Assembly (NCBI GenBank): GCA_025359245.1
Contig: JANYGW010000156.1
Span: 8,081 to 72,080, forward strand
Direction: 5' to 3'
DNA length: 64,000 nucleotides
From: Massilia sp.
GTDB taxonomy: Bacteria > Pseudomonadota > Gammaproteobacteria > Burkholderiales > Burkholderiaceae_D
Shown: one piece after another, positions 20,985 to 32,891 of the stretch
How the letters are laid out: each line of letters starts with the position of its first letter
Numbering within the stretch: position 1 is the stretch's first letter
The notes under the pieces: model-generated
The model's input: only the letters and a program-made list of their open reading frames with translations
Told to the model about the DNA's origin: nothing
Database searches by the model: none
Made by a program: the position numbers and the translations under genes

Positions 20985-21900
20985 AGCGCGGCCGCGCGCG
21001 CGCTCATGCGCGTCGCTTGCTTCAATTGTGGAAAAATCCCAACGCTTTAATCAGTCGATCGCAACATCGCGCGATAAATAAATTTGGACGCCGATGCGGC
21101 GCGATCGAGGCAAAGAAAATGTCGCCGGCGGACGCCGCGGCGACTGACGTTTTTTGTCGCCGCGCGCATTTTTTGGCGCGCTTTTCTTGTGCGCCGGCGC
21201 GCGCGCGGAGCGCTTTTTTTTCACCCGTTTCGGCGCCGCGATGGGGCCTGCCGATCCGCATCGCGGCGCAGCAGCACGTGCCAAAAAGACGCGGCATGCG
21301 CACCTCGGATGCGCTGTATGGATGCCGCAGGCGGCACTACGTGCATGCGTCGGGCCACATCCTCGGACCCGATTGCGCCCTCGCTTTGCTGCGCTGCGCG
21401 CTGCGCCGATGCGCGCGCGAAGCGCTCCGCGCGCGCATCGGCGCGTCGGGAAAATGCGCGCACCCGAAGCGGCCGCGAGAAATTTTTCGTGAGGAATCAA
21501 TGCATTGCAATGACAAAGCCAATTTCATCAAGTCCGGCGCGCCGGCAAAATGGTGTGCGTACTGGACCGTGTTGAACGCGCCGGCATGCGCTTCATCGGC
21601 GAGGCGTGCGACGAGAAAGCGGCGACCGGCGCGCGCACCGCGCCGCATTGCGCGGCACTTCGGCGCGGCGTTCGCGCGCGCGCCGCGCCGCCATTTTCTA
21701 TCGTCCGCGGCGCGCTGTTTGCGCGCCGAAAAACGCGTGCGCACGGCGCCGAAAATCGGCGCGCGCGCGACCTCGGCGCGGCTGACAAAAAACGGCGCGC
21801 GCGCGCCGCCTGACGCGCGATTCGGCGGCCGCGCTGCGCGCTCAAATCGCGATTTTTAAATCGGCTTGCGCGCGTTGAAGCGCGCCGCTGCAAAAAAAAG
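20985..21900. other. Non-coding CG-repeat/A-tract region dense in inverted repeats
   Basis: Many (CG)n runs separated by A/T tracts; perfect 17-bp inverted repeat 21403-21419/21428-21444; only Arg/Ala low-complexity ORFs. Confidence 0.65.
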
Positions 21901-22064
21901 TAAACGAATCGTCGCGTGCAGGTTGCGCACTGACAAGGTTTTCGTGTACTTTACGTGATTGAATTTGTCAAAACGTGAATGCGAAGATGTGGACCGCGCG
22001 CTGAGACAAAAAAACAGATCTAAATGGGACGCTGATTCAAACAGATATGCACTTAAACTTAACG

Positions 22065-22118
22065 AAAAAAATAAGCCGCACTGCCTGATTCTGTTCAGGC
22101 ATGGCGGCTTTTTCTTTT
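22065..22118. terminator. Bidirectional terminator-like hairpin in the intergenic region
   Basis: A-tract, AAGCCGC-TGCCTGA loop TCAGGCA-GCGGCTT, then TTTCTTTT. Confidence 0.7.
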
Positions 22119-22369
22119 CGGCTTAGTGCAGTTTGGTGTTGTGGACAGCGTTCTGGATTACCGATTTTGTCCTCCCTGGTTTCGGGAAGGACTATGGCTG
22201 AAGTGCTGCAAACGTGAGGAGTTGCAGCAGTTCAGCTGGTGCCGAATTCATTAGCATAAACAAGGAACACGTTTGTGCCGATGAATAATTCGCCTGACCT
22301 AGTTACGGGTCGGACGGGTTTTAATCTTGTAGCGTGATTTTTTCCCATCGCAGATGAAGGAGAACCCAA

Positions 22370-23137
22370 ATGGCAACAGCCGCTAAGAAACCCGCAGTAA
22401 AGAAGCCAGCCGCGAAAGCCGCTGCCGCAAAACCAGCAGCGAAAAAAGTCGCCGCTAAGCCAGCAGCGAAAGCCGCAGCCAAGCCAGCCACCAAGGTGAC
22501 GAAGCCAGCAGCCAAAAAAGCCGCAGCCAAGCCAGCAGCGAAGCCAGCAGTGAAAAAAGCCGCAGCCAAGCCAGCAGCGAAAAAAGCCGCAGCCAAGCCA
22601 GTCGCGAAAAAAGCCGCAGCCAAGCCAGCAGCCAAAAAAGCCGCAGCAAAGCCAGTAGCGAAAAAAGCAGCAGCGAAGCCAGCAGCGAAAAAAGCCGCAG
22701 CCAAGCCAGCAGCCAAAAAAGCCGCAGCCAAGCCAGCAGCCAAGAAAGCCGCAGCAAAGCCAGCAGCCAAGAAACCAGCAGCATCTAAAGCAGCAGCAAA
22801 GCCAGCAGCGAAAGCAGCAGCCAAGCCAGCCGCAAAAAAGGTGGCGGCTAAGCCAGCAGCAAAAAAGCCAGTTAAGGCTGCGGCTAAGCCAGCAGCCAAG
22901 CCGGCCGCCAAGCCAGCCGCAGCACCTGCTGTAGCAGCTCCGGCAGCAGCCAAGCCCGTCGTCAAGAAAGCCGCTGCGCCGAAAAAGCCAGCAGCACCAA
23001 AGGCGGCAGCACCGGCACCGAAGCCAGCAGCAGCTCCTGCACCAGCAGCAGCGGCCGCTCCAGCTCCGGCACCGGCAGCGAAAACTGTGTTGGCTCCCGC
23101 AGCAGCATGGCCTTTCCCGACCAGCAGCCGTCCGTAA
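22370..23137 (+). CDS. Histone H1-like nucleoid protein (KPAAKKAAA repeats)
   Basis: AAGGAG SD; Lys/Ala/Pro repeats; C-terminal AAAWPFPTSSRP; followed by a terminator. Confidence 0.9.
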   Translation: MATAAKKPAVKKPAAKAAAAKPAAKKVAAKPAAKAAAKPATKVTKPAAKKAAAKPAAKPAVKKAAAKPAAKKAAAKPVAKKAAAKPAAKKAAAKPVAKKAAAKPAAKKAAAKPAAKKAAAKPAAKKAAAKPAAKKPAASKAAAKPAAKAAAKPAAKKVAAKPAAKKPVKAAAKPAAKPAAKPAAAPAVAAPAAAKPVVKKAAAPKKPAAPKAAAPAPKPAAAPAPAAAAAPAPAPAAKTVLAPAAAWPFPTSSRP

Positions 23138-23169
23138 TATCGGCAAGCTGTGCCTGGATCAGGCAAAAT

Positions 23170-23206
23170 ACCGCTGTGTGATATGTTTCACACAGCGGTT
23201 TTTTTT
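23170..23206 (+). terminator. Intrinsic terminator of the histone H1-like gene
   Basis: ACCGCTGTGTGA/TCACACAGCGGT 12-bp stem plus T tract. Confidence 0.85.
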
Positions 23207-23217
23207 AAGGAGTCGTC

Positions 23218-23754
23218 GTGTTTGTCGTCCTATTGATCGTTAATACGGTTACCAGCATTCTGGGCGGTGCCTTGTTGCTGCGTTTCTGGATGCAGGCAAT
23301 TCGCGTGCGGCCTCCCGCGCCCGTGGCAGAATTCACCTTTACCTTGTCGGACTGGCTGGTGCGCCCCTTGCGCCGCATCGTTCCCGGTTTCGGCGGCTAT
23401 GACTGGGCCAGCCTGATTGGCGCCTTCCTCGTGGTGCTGCTGGCCGTATCGGTCAGGCTGATGTTCGGTCTGAGCGTACAACTGCTGGCCATGACGGCGC
23501 TATTGGTCTTCTTCACCTGGATACTGTGGGGGCTCATCATCTTGCTGATCGTTGAAGTGATCTTCAGCTGGATCAACCCGCACGCCCCCATGGCGCCCTT
23601 CGTACGCGCGCTCAACGAGCCGCTGCTGCGTCATTTGCGCCGCGTGGTGCCGCCGCTCGGCGGGCTCGACTTGTCGGTGCTGGTCGCGCTGATTCTGTTG
23701 CAGATCGTCTTGTATTACGTTGGCGAAATTTTTGGAATGTTTGGCATCCGGTGA
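23218..23754 (+). CDS. yggT: YggT family membrane protein
   Basis: Two YGGT repeats (PLRRIVPGFGGYDWA; PLL..LRRVVPPLGGLDLS); GTG start with AAGGAG SD. Confidence 0.88.
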   Translation: MFVVLLIVNTVTSILGGALLLRFWMQAIRVRPPAPVAEFTFTLSDWLVRPLRRIVPGFGGYDWASLIGAFLVVLLAVSVRLMFGLSVQLLAMTALLVFFTWILWGLIILLIVEVIFSWINPHAPMAPFVRALNEPLLRHLRRVVPPLGGLDLSVLVALILLQIVLYYVGEIFGMFGIR

Positions 23755-24056
23755 GCCGGAGCTGGTGTTCGGCGCTGCCAGGCGCCATCCGGCTGGCAGT
23801 CCAGATCACGCCGAAAGCAAAGAAGACCGAAGTGATTGGCGTGCTCGATGACGCACTCAAGCTTAAGCTGCAGGCCCAGCCGATCGAAGGCAAGGCCAAT
23901 GAAGCGCTGATCAAATTCCTGTCGAAAGCGCTGGATGTGCCGCGCAGCGCCGTGACGATTACGCACGGGCAGACCAACAAGAAGAAGCTGCTTGAAGTAG
24001 TTTCGGCGACGTTGACGCCTGAAGAGGTTGAGCGTCGCTTGATGCCGGGCAGCTGA
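23751..24056 (+). CDS. yggU: DUF167/YggU family protein
   Basis: VQITPKAKK, PIEGKANEALIKFLS and GQTNKKK; adjacent to yggT. Confidence 0.85.
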   Translation: MSRSWCSALPGAIRLAVQITPKAKKTEVIGVLDDALKLKLQAQPIEGKANEALIKFLSKALDVPRSAVTITHGQTNKKKLLEVVSATLTPEEVERRLMPGS

Positions 24057-24101
24057 CGCCGATAGAAAGTCGCTGAATCACAGCGCCAAAAACATGAGCC
24101 A

Positions 24102-24175
24102 ACGTCTTCCTCGGGAACGCGGGGATCCATGCTGAGCAAATTCAGTAGGGATCCCCGCATTCGCGAGGATGACGT
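24102..24175. repeat. REP-like element family A
   Basis: 27-bp inverted arms with 3 mismatches, between convergent genes. Confidence 0.75.
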
Positions 24176-24199
24176 CTAGTGTCCTGCTAATTTTCGCAA

Positions 24200-25138
24200 T
24201 TAGTAGCGGTAGCCGAATTCGGTTTCGAAACGGTCGGCGATTTGCGCCGCTGTCGCCACGTGATTCTGGCCGCCCTGATGCGCGATCTTGAGCGCGCCCA
24301 TCAGGCTCGCCAGGCGGCCGGTGGTCGGCCAGTCGTAGCCATTGACGATCCCGAACAGCAGGCCGGCGCGGAACGCGTCGCCGCAGCCAGTCGGGTCAAC
24401 CACGGCTGCCGCCTGCACGCAGGGTATCTCGTGCCGCTCGCCCTTGGCATACACTTCCGAACCCTTGTCGCCGCGCGTGACGATCAGCGCTTCCAGGCGC
24501 CCGGCCATGTTCGCCAGGGTCAGGCCGGTACGGTCCATCAGCATCTCGAATTCGTAGTCGTTGGCCGCCACGTAGGTGGCCTGGTCGATGAACGTGATCA
24601 GCTCGGCGCCACTGAACATCGGCAGCTGCTGGCCCGGGTCGAACATGAACGGCACGCCCAGCGTGGCGCAATCGGCGGCATGCTTGAGCATTCCGTCGCG
24701 CCCGTCCGGAGCGATGATCGCCACCCGCAGCGGGCCGGCATCAGCCACGCTGTTCTCGTGCGAGAACTGCATCGCGCCAGGGTGGAAGGCGTTGATCTGG
24801 TTGTTGTCCAGGTCCGCCGTGACGAAGCATTGGGCCGTATAGGCATGCGCGATCTTGCGGATCGCGCGGGTAGAGATGCCCAATTCCTGGAAGCGTTCGA
24901 GGTATTCGCCGCCGTCCTGGCCGATGGTGGCCATGATCAGCGGATCGCCGCCCAGCATGCTCAGGTTATAGGCGATATTGGCGGCGCAGCCGCCGTATTC
25001 GGTGCGCAAGGTCGGGACCAGGAACGACACGTTGACCTTGTGCAGCTGGTCGGCCAGCAGGGTCTCACCGAAGCGGCCGTTGTACTGCATGATCTTGTCG
25101 AAGGCGAGCGAGCCGCAAATCAGAGTGGTCTTGGACAT
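24200..25138 (-). CDS. PfkB family carbohydrate/adenosine kinase
   Basis: GSLAFD, GGCAANIA, DPGQQ, NDYE, DPTGCGDAF. Start set at MSKTT. Confidence 0.9.
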   Translation of the reverse strand: MSKTTLICGSLAFDKIMQYNGRFGETLLADQLHKVNVSFLVPTLRTEYGGCAANIAYNLSMLGGDPLIMATIGQDGGEYLERFQELGISTRAIRKIAHAYTAQCFVTADLDNNQINAFHPGAMQFSHENSVADAGPLRVAIIAPDGRDGMLKHAADCATLGVPFMFDPGQQLPMFSGAELITFIDQATYVAANDYEFEMLMDRTGLTLANMAGRLEALIVTRGDKGSEVYAKGERHEIPCVQAAAVVDPTGCGDAFRAGLLFGIVNGYDWPTTGRLASLMGALKIAHQGGQNHVATAAQIADRFETEFGYRY

Positions 25139-25146
25139 GGTGGGCC

Positions 25147-26634
<1,488 letters not shown>

Positions 26635-26638
26635 GCCT

Positions 26639-27586
26639 TTATTGACCGCGCGCGGCAGGGACGGTGTCGCTGCCGAGGCGGCCATGCAGGGCGACCCAGC
26701 CGTCCTGCTCAGCCCACACGCCCAGTTTGATGTAGGGCGCGTACGCTTCGGCCACTTCTTCGGCCTGGCGCGCGAGCACGCCCGACAAGATCAGCGCGCC
26801 GCCCGGAGCGACCCGGCCGGCCAGCATCGGCGCCATCAATTTCAATGGGCTCGACAGGATGTTCGCCACGACGATGTCGAAGCGGCCAGTCGCGTGCTGC
26901 GGCTTGGCCGACACGGCAAAGCTGTCGGGCAGGTAGAAGTCGATCTCGCACTGGTTGCGGGTGGCGTTGTCGTGCGCCGATTCGATCGCCTGCGGATCGA
27001 TGTCGACACCGGCCACATCGCCCGCGCCCATTTTCTTGGCGACCATCGCCAGGATGCCGGAACCGCAGCCGTAATCGAGCACGCTGGCGCCGGGAGCGGG
27101 ATGCGCTTCCAGCCATTCCATGCACAGGCGGGTGGTCGGGTGGCTGCCGGTGCCGAACGCCAGGCCAGGATCGAGTTCGAGGATCAGGGCGGTCGGATCG
27201 GGCGCTTCGTGCCAGCTCGGCACGACCCAAATGTTCTTGCCAATATGAATAGGGGCAAACTGCGACTGGGTCAGGCGCACCCAGTCTTCATCGGCCACGC
27301 TGCGCACGCTGAACGCGGGCGGCGCCGGCAGCTTGATCGCTGCTGCCGCTTCGGCCACGATGGCGGCCTGGTCGGCGTCGACATCAGTCAGCGCGACCAC
27401 CCGGCTGCGATCCCATGCCGCTTCGGTCGGTACCATGCCGGGTTCGCCGAACTGCGGGTTTTCCTGCTCGGTGCCTTCGTCGGCATCCTCGACGGAGACG
27501 GACAGGGCGCCCGCTTCCATCAAGGCGTCGGACAGGGCCTCGGCATGTTCGCGTGCGATCTCGATGACGACTTCAGTCCAACTCAT
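26639..27586 (-). CDS. prmA: Ribosomal protein L11 methyltransferase
   Basis: [30 protein letters not shown]. Confidence 0.96.
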   Translation of the reverse strand: MSWTEVVIEIAREHAEALSDALMEAGALSVSVEDADEGTEQENPQFGEPGMVPTEAAWDRSRVVALTDVDADQAAIVAEAAAAIKLPAPPAFSVRSVADEDWVRLTQSQFAPIHIGKNIWVVPSWHEAPDPTALILELDPGLAFGTGSHPTTRLCMEWLEAHPAPGASVLDYGCGSGILAMVAKKMGAGDVAGVDIDPQAIESAHDNATRNQCEIDFYLPDSFAVSAKPQHATGRFDIVVANILSSPLKLMAPMLAGRVAPGGALILSGVLARQAEEVAEAYAPYIKLGVWAEQDGWVALHGRLGSDTVPAARGQ

Positions 27587-28983
27587 GCCTGGGCCTTGGT
27601 TTCCGATTTGCTGGCGAGCGCGCCCACCTTCGGCAGGTCCGGCTTGTCGGCCAGTTTTTGCTCGAGGTAGTGGATGTTGGTGCCGCCTTCAATAAAGCGC
27701 GCATCGATCATCAGTTCGCGATGCAGCGGAATATTGGTCAGGATACCCTCGACCACCATTTCGGACAAAGCGATCTGCATGCGGCGGATCGCCTGCTCGC
27801 GCGTGGCGCCGTAAGCGATGACCTTGCCGATCATCGAATCGTAATGCGGCGGCACATAGTAGCCGGCGTAGGCGTGCGAGTCGACCCGGATGCCAGGGCC
27901 GCCCGGCGCGTGCCAGGCGATGATGCGGCCCGGCGACGGGGTGAACTTGAACGGGTCTTCGGCATTGATGCGGCACTCGACGGCGTGGCCCGACAGCATG
28001 ATGTCGCGCTGGCGGAAACGCAGTTTTTCGCCGGCGGCGATGCGGATTTGTTCCTGGACGATGTCGATCCCGGTGATCATTTCGGTCACCGGATGCTCGA
28101 CCTGGACGCGCGTGTTCATTTCGATGAAATAGAACTCGTTATTCTCATACAGAAATTCGAACGTGCCGGCGCCGCGGTAGCCGATCTTGCGGCAGGCTTC
28201 GGCGCAACGGTCGCCGATCTTTTCGATCAGCTTGCGCGGGATGCCCGGCGCCGGCGCTTCTTCGATCACTTTCTGGTGGCGGCGCTGCATCGAGCAGTCG
28301 CGCTCGCCCAGCCAGACCGCGTTCTTGTGTTCGTCGGCAAGGATCTGGATTTCCACGTGGCGCGGATTTTCCAGGTACTTCTCCATATACACTTCCGGAT
28401 TGCCGAAAGCGGTGCCGGCCTCGGTCTTGGTCATCGCGACCGCGTTCAGCAAGGCCGCTTCGGTATGGACGACGCGCATGCCGCGCCCGCCGCCGCCGCC
28501 GGCCGCCTTGATGATGACCGGATAGCCGACCTTGCGCGCGGTCTGGATGATTTCCTTCGGGTCGTCCGGCAACGCGCCTTCGGAGCCTGGCACGCACGGC
28601 ACGCCGGCGCGGATCATGGCCTGCTTGGCCGAGACCTTGTCGCCCATCAGGCGGATCGATTCGGAACGCGGGCCGATGAACACGAAGCCGGACTTTTCGA
28701 CGCGTTCGGCGAAGTCGGCGTTTTCGGACAGGAAACCATAGCCCGGGTGGATCGCTTCGGCGTCGGTCACTTCGGCCGCACTGATAATAGCGGGCATGTT
28801 CAGGTAGGACAGCGTCGACGAGGCCGGGCCGATGCACACCGATTCGTCGGCCAGCTTGACGTACTTGGCGTCTTTGTCGGCTTCCGAGTGCACGACTACC
28901 GTCTTGATGCCCATTTCGCGGCAGGCGCGCTGGATACGAAGCGCGATCTCGCCGCGATTGGCAATAAGGATTTTTTCAAACAT
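27583..28983 (-). CDS. accC: Biotin carboxylase
   Basis: [35 protein letters not shown]. Confidence 0.98.
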   Translation of the reverse strand: MFEKILIANRGEIALRIQRACREMGIKTVVVHSEADKDAKYVKLADESVCIGPASSTLSYLNMPAIISAAEVTDAEAIHPGYGFLSENADFAERVEKSGFVFIGPRSESIRLMGDKVSAKQAMIRAGVPCVPGSEGALPDDPKEIIQTARKVGYPVIIKAAGGGGGRGMRVVHTEAALLNAVAMTKTEAGTAFGNPEVYMEKYLENPRHVEIQILADEHKNAVWLGERDCSMQRRHQKVIEEAPAPGIPRKLIEKIGDRCAEACRKIGYRGAGTFEFLYENNEFYFIEMNTRVQVEHPVTEMITGIDIVQEQIRIAAGEKLRFRQRDIMLSGHAVECRINAEDPFKFTPSPGRIIAWHAPGGPGIRVDSHAYAGYYVPPHYDSMIGKVIAYGATREQAIRRMQIALSEMVVEGILTNIPLHRELMIDARFIEGGTNIHYLEQKLADKPDLPKVGALASKSETKAQA

Positions 28984-28992
28984 GGTCGTCGA

Positions 28993-29457
28993 TCAGCCAA
29001 TCACAAACAGCGGTTGGCCGAACTCGACAGGCTGGCCGTTCTCGACCAGGATCTTGGTCACGATGCCGGAAATATCGGAGTCGATTTCGTTGAGCAGCTT
29101 CATCGCTTCGATGATGCACAGGGTCTCGCCTTCCTTGATGGCCGAGCCGACTTCGACGAACGCGGCCGAGCCCGGCGACGACGAACGGTAGAAGGTGCCG
29201 ACCATCGGCGACTTGACGATGTGGCCGGTCGGCTCCGCGACCACGGCGGCGACCGGCGCGGCGGCCGGGGCGGGCGCGCCATGGGCCGGGGCGTAGTGCT
29301 GCTGCATGCCTTGCGGCTGCATCATGACCATTTGATTCTGCGGGATTGCGGACGACTTGACGATGCGGACCTTGCTTTCGCCTTCAGTCACTTCGAGTTC
29401 TGCGATATCCGATTCGGCGACGAGATCGATCAGCGTCTTGAGTTTTCGTAGATCCAT
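28993..29457 (-). CDS. accB: Biotin carboxyl carrier protein
   Basis: MDLRKLK start, [12 protein letters not shown]. Confidence 0.97.
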   Translation of the reverse strand: MDLRKLKTLIDLVAESDIAELEVTEGESKVRIVKSSAIPQNQMVMMQPQGMQQHYAPAHGAPAPAAAPVAAVVAEPTGHIVKSPMVGTFYRSSSPGSAAFVEVGSAIKEGETLCIIEAMKLLNEIDSDISGIVTKILVENGQPVEFGQPLFVIG

Positions 29458-29547
29458 GTGAAACCCCTTGGAATTATTTTGATTTGTGTGTATGCGGCGA
29501 GCTCGGATAAAAGCGTAACCGCGCAATTGCTTGAAGATGCCAGGAGA

Positions 29548-29985
29548 TTAACGCTTTTTGAGCGCGAAGTCGATGGCAAAACGATATCCATCCGTGCCCA
29601 GCCCACAGATGGTTCCCTGGGCGATTGCGGACAAGAATGAATGATGGCGAAACACTTCTCGTTTGTAGATATTTGATATGTGAACTTCAACGAAAGGTAT
29701 CGCCACGCCTGCCAGCGCATCGCGCAAAGCGACGCTGGTATGGGTCAGGCCACCCGGATTGATGACGATCGCATCCACGCCGTCGATCTTGGCGGCATGT
29801 ATACGGTCGATCAAGGCTCCCTCGTGATTGCTTTGAAAGCATTCCAGGGTCGCGCCCGCCGCTTCAGCCTGGGCCGAAGCAGCTTGTTCGATGTCGGCCA
29901 GTGTCTCCTTGCCGTACACCTCAGGCTCACGCGTCCCCAGCAGATTCAGGTTGGGGCCGTTGAGCAGCAGGAGCTTTTTTGCCAT
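29548..29985 (-). CDS. aroQ: Type II 3-dehydroquinate dehydratase
   Basis: [29 protein letters not shown]. Confidence 0.97.
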   Translation of the reverse strand: MAKKLLLLNGPNLNLLGTREPEVYGKETLADIEQAASAQAEAAGATLECFQSNHEGALIDRIHAAKIDGVDAIVINPGGLTHTSVALRDALAGVAIPFVEVHISNIYKREVFRHHSFLSAIAQGTICGLGTDGYRFAIDFALKKR

Positions 29986-30117
29986 GTTGAGGGAACCGAT
30001 TTACGCGAAAGTCACGCATTTTGCCGCCAACTGTTCTCATTGGCAAGCGAAAAAAAACGAGCGGTTGGTCGGTTAACGGTGGTGCCACTCGACACGCATC
30101 AATGCCGCCATGCAAAT

Positions 30118-30666
30118 TCAGGACTTCAGACTGGCCAGGTCGGCCTTCAATTCGTCGAACTTGAGCTTGCCGATATACGTCTTGATGACTTTGCCGTCGG
30201 CGCCGACCAGCACGGTATACGGCAGGCCGCCGGCGCTGTTGCCGAACTGGCGCGCCAGTTCGGTGCCGCTCATGCCGGCCACGTACAAAGGATAGGCGAT
30301 TTTCAGCCTGGCCGCGAATTCGGCGATATTGGCAGGCGTATCGATGCCGATGCCGATCACGTTGATGTTCTTGACGGCGCTGGCGACGGCCAGCTCGCTC
30401 AGTTCAGGCATTTCCTGGACGCAGGGACCGCACCAGGGCGCCCAGAAGTTGATCACCAGCGGCTTGCCCTTCCAGCGCGACAGCGAATGGTTGGCGCCGG
30501 AGGCGTCGTTCATCGATTGGGCGAACAGGGCCTCGACCGGGCCGGCGGGGGCGGCAGCGACCGGCGCGGCCACCGGCGCCGGCGTGTGGCGCAGACCTAG
30601 CCAGGCGCCGACGGCGCCGAATAACAGGGCGACCACTGTATACGTAAGGGCATTCTTTCTGGTCAT
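30118..30666 (-). CDS. TlpA family thiol:disulfide reductase
   Basis: N-terminal TM helix; INFWAPWCGPCVQEMP; LPYT. Confidence 0.9.
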   Translation of the reverse strand: MTRKNALTYTVVALLFGAVGAWLGLRHTPAPVAAPVAAAPAGPVEALFAQSMNDASGANHSLSRWKGKPLVINFWAPWCGPCVQEMPELSELAVASAVKNINVIGIGIDTPANIAEFAARLKIAYPLYVAGMSGTELARQFGNSAGGLPYTVLVGADGKVIKTYIGKLKFDELKADLASLKS

Positions 30667-30707
30667 GCTGGTTCCTGGGTAAAGTTCTTATAAGGAGCGA
30701 CAAATGC

Positions 30708-30781
30708 ACGTCGTCCTCGCGAACGCGGGGACCCATACTGCATATGCTCAGTATGGGTCCCCGCTTTCGCGAGGACGACGT
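30708..30781. repeat. REP-like element family A, best-preserved copy
   Basis: 33-bp inverted arms with 1 mismatch around an 8-nt loop. Confidence 0.8.
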
Positions 30782-31431
30782 TGGTGAGGCGCGCGAAAGG
30801 CACCCGTGTCGGTTTCTGGCGCCACTTGTTCCATCAGCGCACGCAGCGCGCCGGCATCGGCCCGCTGCGCCCGGCCGTCGGCGCGCGGCTTGAGCGCGCC
30901 GCGCAAATCGTCCAGGCCATATACCTCGGCATGCACGCCTTCCTTGTGCCACAGGAAGCTGACGGTCTCGACCGGATCGAAACGGGCGCCCTTGAAGTGC
31001 GGGGTTTCCGAGATATCAATGTCGACTTTCTTGTCGAGAAGGAAAATCTGCACGTCCTTGGCGCTGTCGGCAAACAGTTGCAGCCGGATGTCGTCGTGCT
31101 CGCCGGCGGTGCCGTTCAACACCGGCCCGGTCAGGTAAGGCTTGAAGTCGCCCAGCGCGTCCATCACCTGCAGCGCGATGGTGCGCAGGCGCTGCAACCG
31201 TGCCGGCTGGCTGTCGCCCTGGAACAGGGCCTGGTAGCGGCGCACTTCTTCTTCGACCTCGGCATTGTCGGGCAGCAGGTTCGACGCCGGCATCTGATCG
31301 CCCAGCACCTGGCTGGCGGCCTTGCGCTTGGCCACGCCGTAGTCGGCGCCATCCTGCGCGACCAGGCGTGCGGCGACCGCGGCGATTTGCGCGCGCAGCT
31401 GCTGCAGTTCGTCGTTCGGGGCAGGCGTCAT
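30748..31431 (-). CDS. Hypothetical protein with a nucleotidyltransferase-like segment
   Basis: Typical codon usage; AKRKAA, LTGPVLNGTAGEHDDIRLQLF; divergent from mpl. Confidence 0.65.
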   Translation of the reverse strand: MTPAPNDELQQLRAQIAAVAARLVAQDGADYGVAKRKAASQVLGDQMPASNLLPDNAEVEEEVRRYQALFQGDSQPARLQRLRTIALQVMDALGDFKPYLTGPVLNGTAGEHDDIRLQLFADSAKDVQIFLLDKKVDIDISETPHFKGARFDPVETVSFLWHKEGVHAEVYGLDDLRGALKPRADGRAQRADAGALRALMEQVAPETDTGAFRAPHQRRPRESGDPY

Positions 31432-31514
31432 GATCGAGATATTACTCTGGAATCGAAAATGGCATGGCGTCGGGTAAAATCGCGTATTCAACCAATTGGT
31501 CAGCGGTCAACATC

Positions 31515-32891
31515 ATGCATATTCATATACTCGGCATTTGCGGCACCTTCATGGGTGGCCTGGCCGTCCTGGCCAAGGAAGCCGGCCACAAGGTCACCGG
31601 CTGCGACGCCAATGTGTACCCGCCGATGAGCACCCAGCTCGAAGCCCAGGGCATCGAACTGATCCAGGGTTTCGGCGCCGACCAGGTCGCGCTCGCGCCC
31701 GACCTGTACGTGATCGGCAACGTCGTTTCGCGCGGCAATCCGCTGATCGAAGAGATCCTCAACCGCAGCCTGCCTTATATGTCGGGCCCGCAATGGATCG
31801 GCGAACACATCCTGCGCAATAAGTGGGTGCTGGCCGTGGCCGGCACGCACGGCAAGACCACTACCTCGGCCATGCTGGCCTGGATCCTGGAAGACGCCGG
31901 CTATTCGCCGGGCTTTTTGATCGGTGGCGTGCCGATGAACTTCGGCATTTCGGCGCGCCTGTCGGGCGCGGCCGAGTCCGATTTCTTCGTCATCGAGGCC
32001 GACGAATACGACACCGCCTTCTTCGACAAGCGCAGCAAGTTCGTCCATTACCACGCCAAGACGGCCGTGATGAACAACCTCGAATACGACCATGCCGACA
32101 TTTTCCCCGACATCGGCGCCATCGAAACCCAGTTCCACCACCTGGTGCGCACGGTGCCCGGCATCGGCCGCCTGATCGTCAACGGCGACGAAGCCTCGCT
32201 CGGGCGCGTGATGAAGCGCGGCTGCTGGAGCGAGCACGAAAGCTTCGGCGTCAGCGACGGCGTCAGCTGGACCCTGGTCGAGCATCCGGGCGGCAGCTTC
32301 GACGTGGTGTTCGGCGGCGCCACCGTGGCCACCGTCGACTGGGGCCTGACCGGCAAGCACAACCGTTTCAATGCGCTGGCCGCCATCGCCGCCGCACGCC
32401 ACGTCGGCGTGCCGGTTGCCCAGGCGGCCGAATCGCTGGCGCGCTTCGAGAGCGTCAAGCGGCGCATGGAAGTGCGCGGCATAGTGAAAGGCATCACCGT
32501 CTACGACGACTTCGCGCACCACCCGACCGCGATCGCGACCACCGTCGGCGGCCTGCGCCAGAAGCTCGGCAGCGGCGCCGGCAGCGGGCGCATCCTGGCC
32601 GTGCTCGAGCCCCGTTCGAACACCATGAAGCTGGGCGCGATGAAGGATGCCTTGCCGGGCAGCCTGAAAGACGCCGACCTGGTGTTCGGTTTCGGCAGCC
32701 AGCAGGCGCTCGGCTGGAGCCTGGCCGACGCCTTGAAGCCGCTCGGCGCGATCGCCCACAGCTTCGACCAGCTCGATTTCCTGGTCCAGGCGATCCTGGA
32801 CGCGGCCCGTCCGGGCGACCATATCCTGATCATGAGCAACGGCGGCTTCGGCGGCGTGCACCAGAAACTGCTGGAGGCGCTGGCCCAATGA
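31515..32891 (+). CDS. mpl: Murein tripeptide ligase
   Basis: MHIHILGICGTFMGG, GTHGKTTT, EADEYDTAFFDKRSKF, DDFAHHPT. Confidence 0.97.
   Translation: MHIHILGICGTFMGGLAVLAKEAGHKVTGCDANVYPPMSTQLEAQGIELIQGFGADQVALAPDLYVIGNVVSRGNPLIEEILNRSLPYMSGPQWIGEHILRNKWVLAVAGTHGKTTTSAMLAWILEDAGYSPGFLIGGVPMNFGISARLSGAAESDFFVIEADEYDTAFFDKRSKFVHYHAKTAVMNNLEYDHADIFPDIGAIETQFHHLVRTVPGIGRLIVNGDEASLGRVMKRGCWSEHESFGVSDGVSWTLVEHPGGSFDVVFGGATVATVDWGLTGKHNRFNALAAIAAARHVGVPVAQAAESLARFESVKRRMEVRGIVKGITVYDDFAHHPTAIATTVGGLRQKLGSGAGSGRILAVLEPRSNTMKLGAMKDALPGSLKDADLVFGFGSQQALGWSLADALKPLGAIAHSFDQLDFLVQAILDAARPGDHILIMSNGGFGGVHQKLLEALAQ

Noticed and set aside
21017-21893. Overlapping Arg/Ala-rich ORFs on both strands
   Set aside because: By-product of CG repeats lacking stop codons; no codon-position bias or recognisable domain.
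22370-23137. Regular ~27-bp repeats as a possible CRISPR or non-coding array
   Set aside because: They are coding KPAAKKAAA repeats with no unique spacers, and no cas genes are present.
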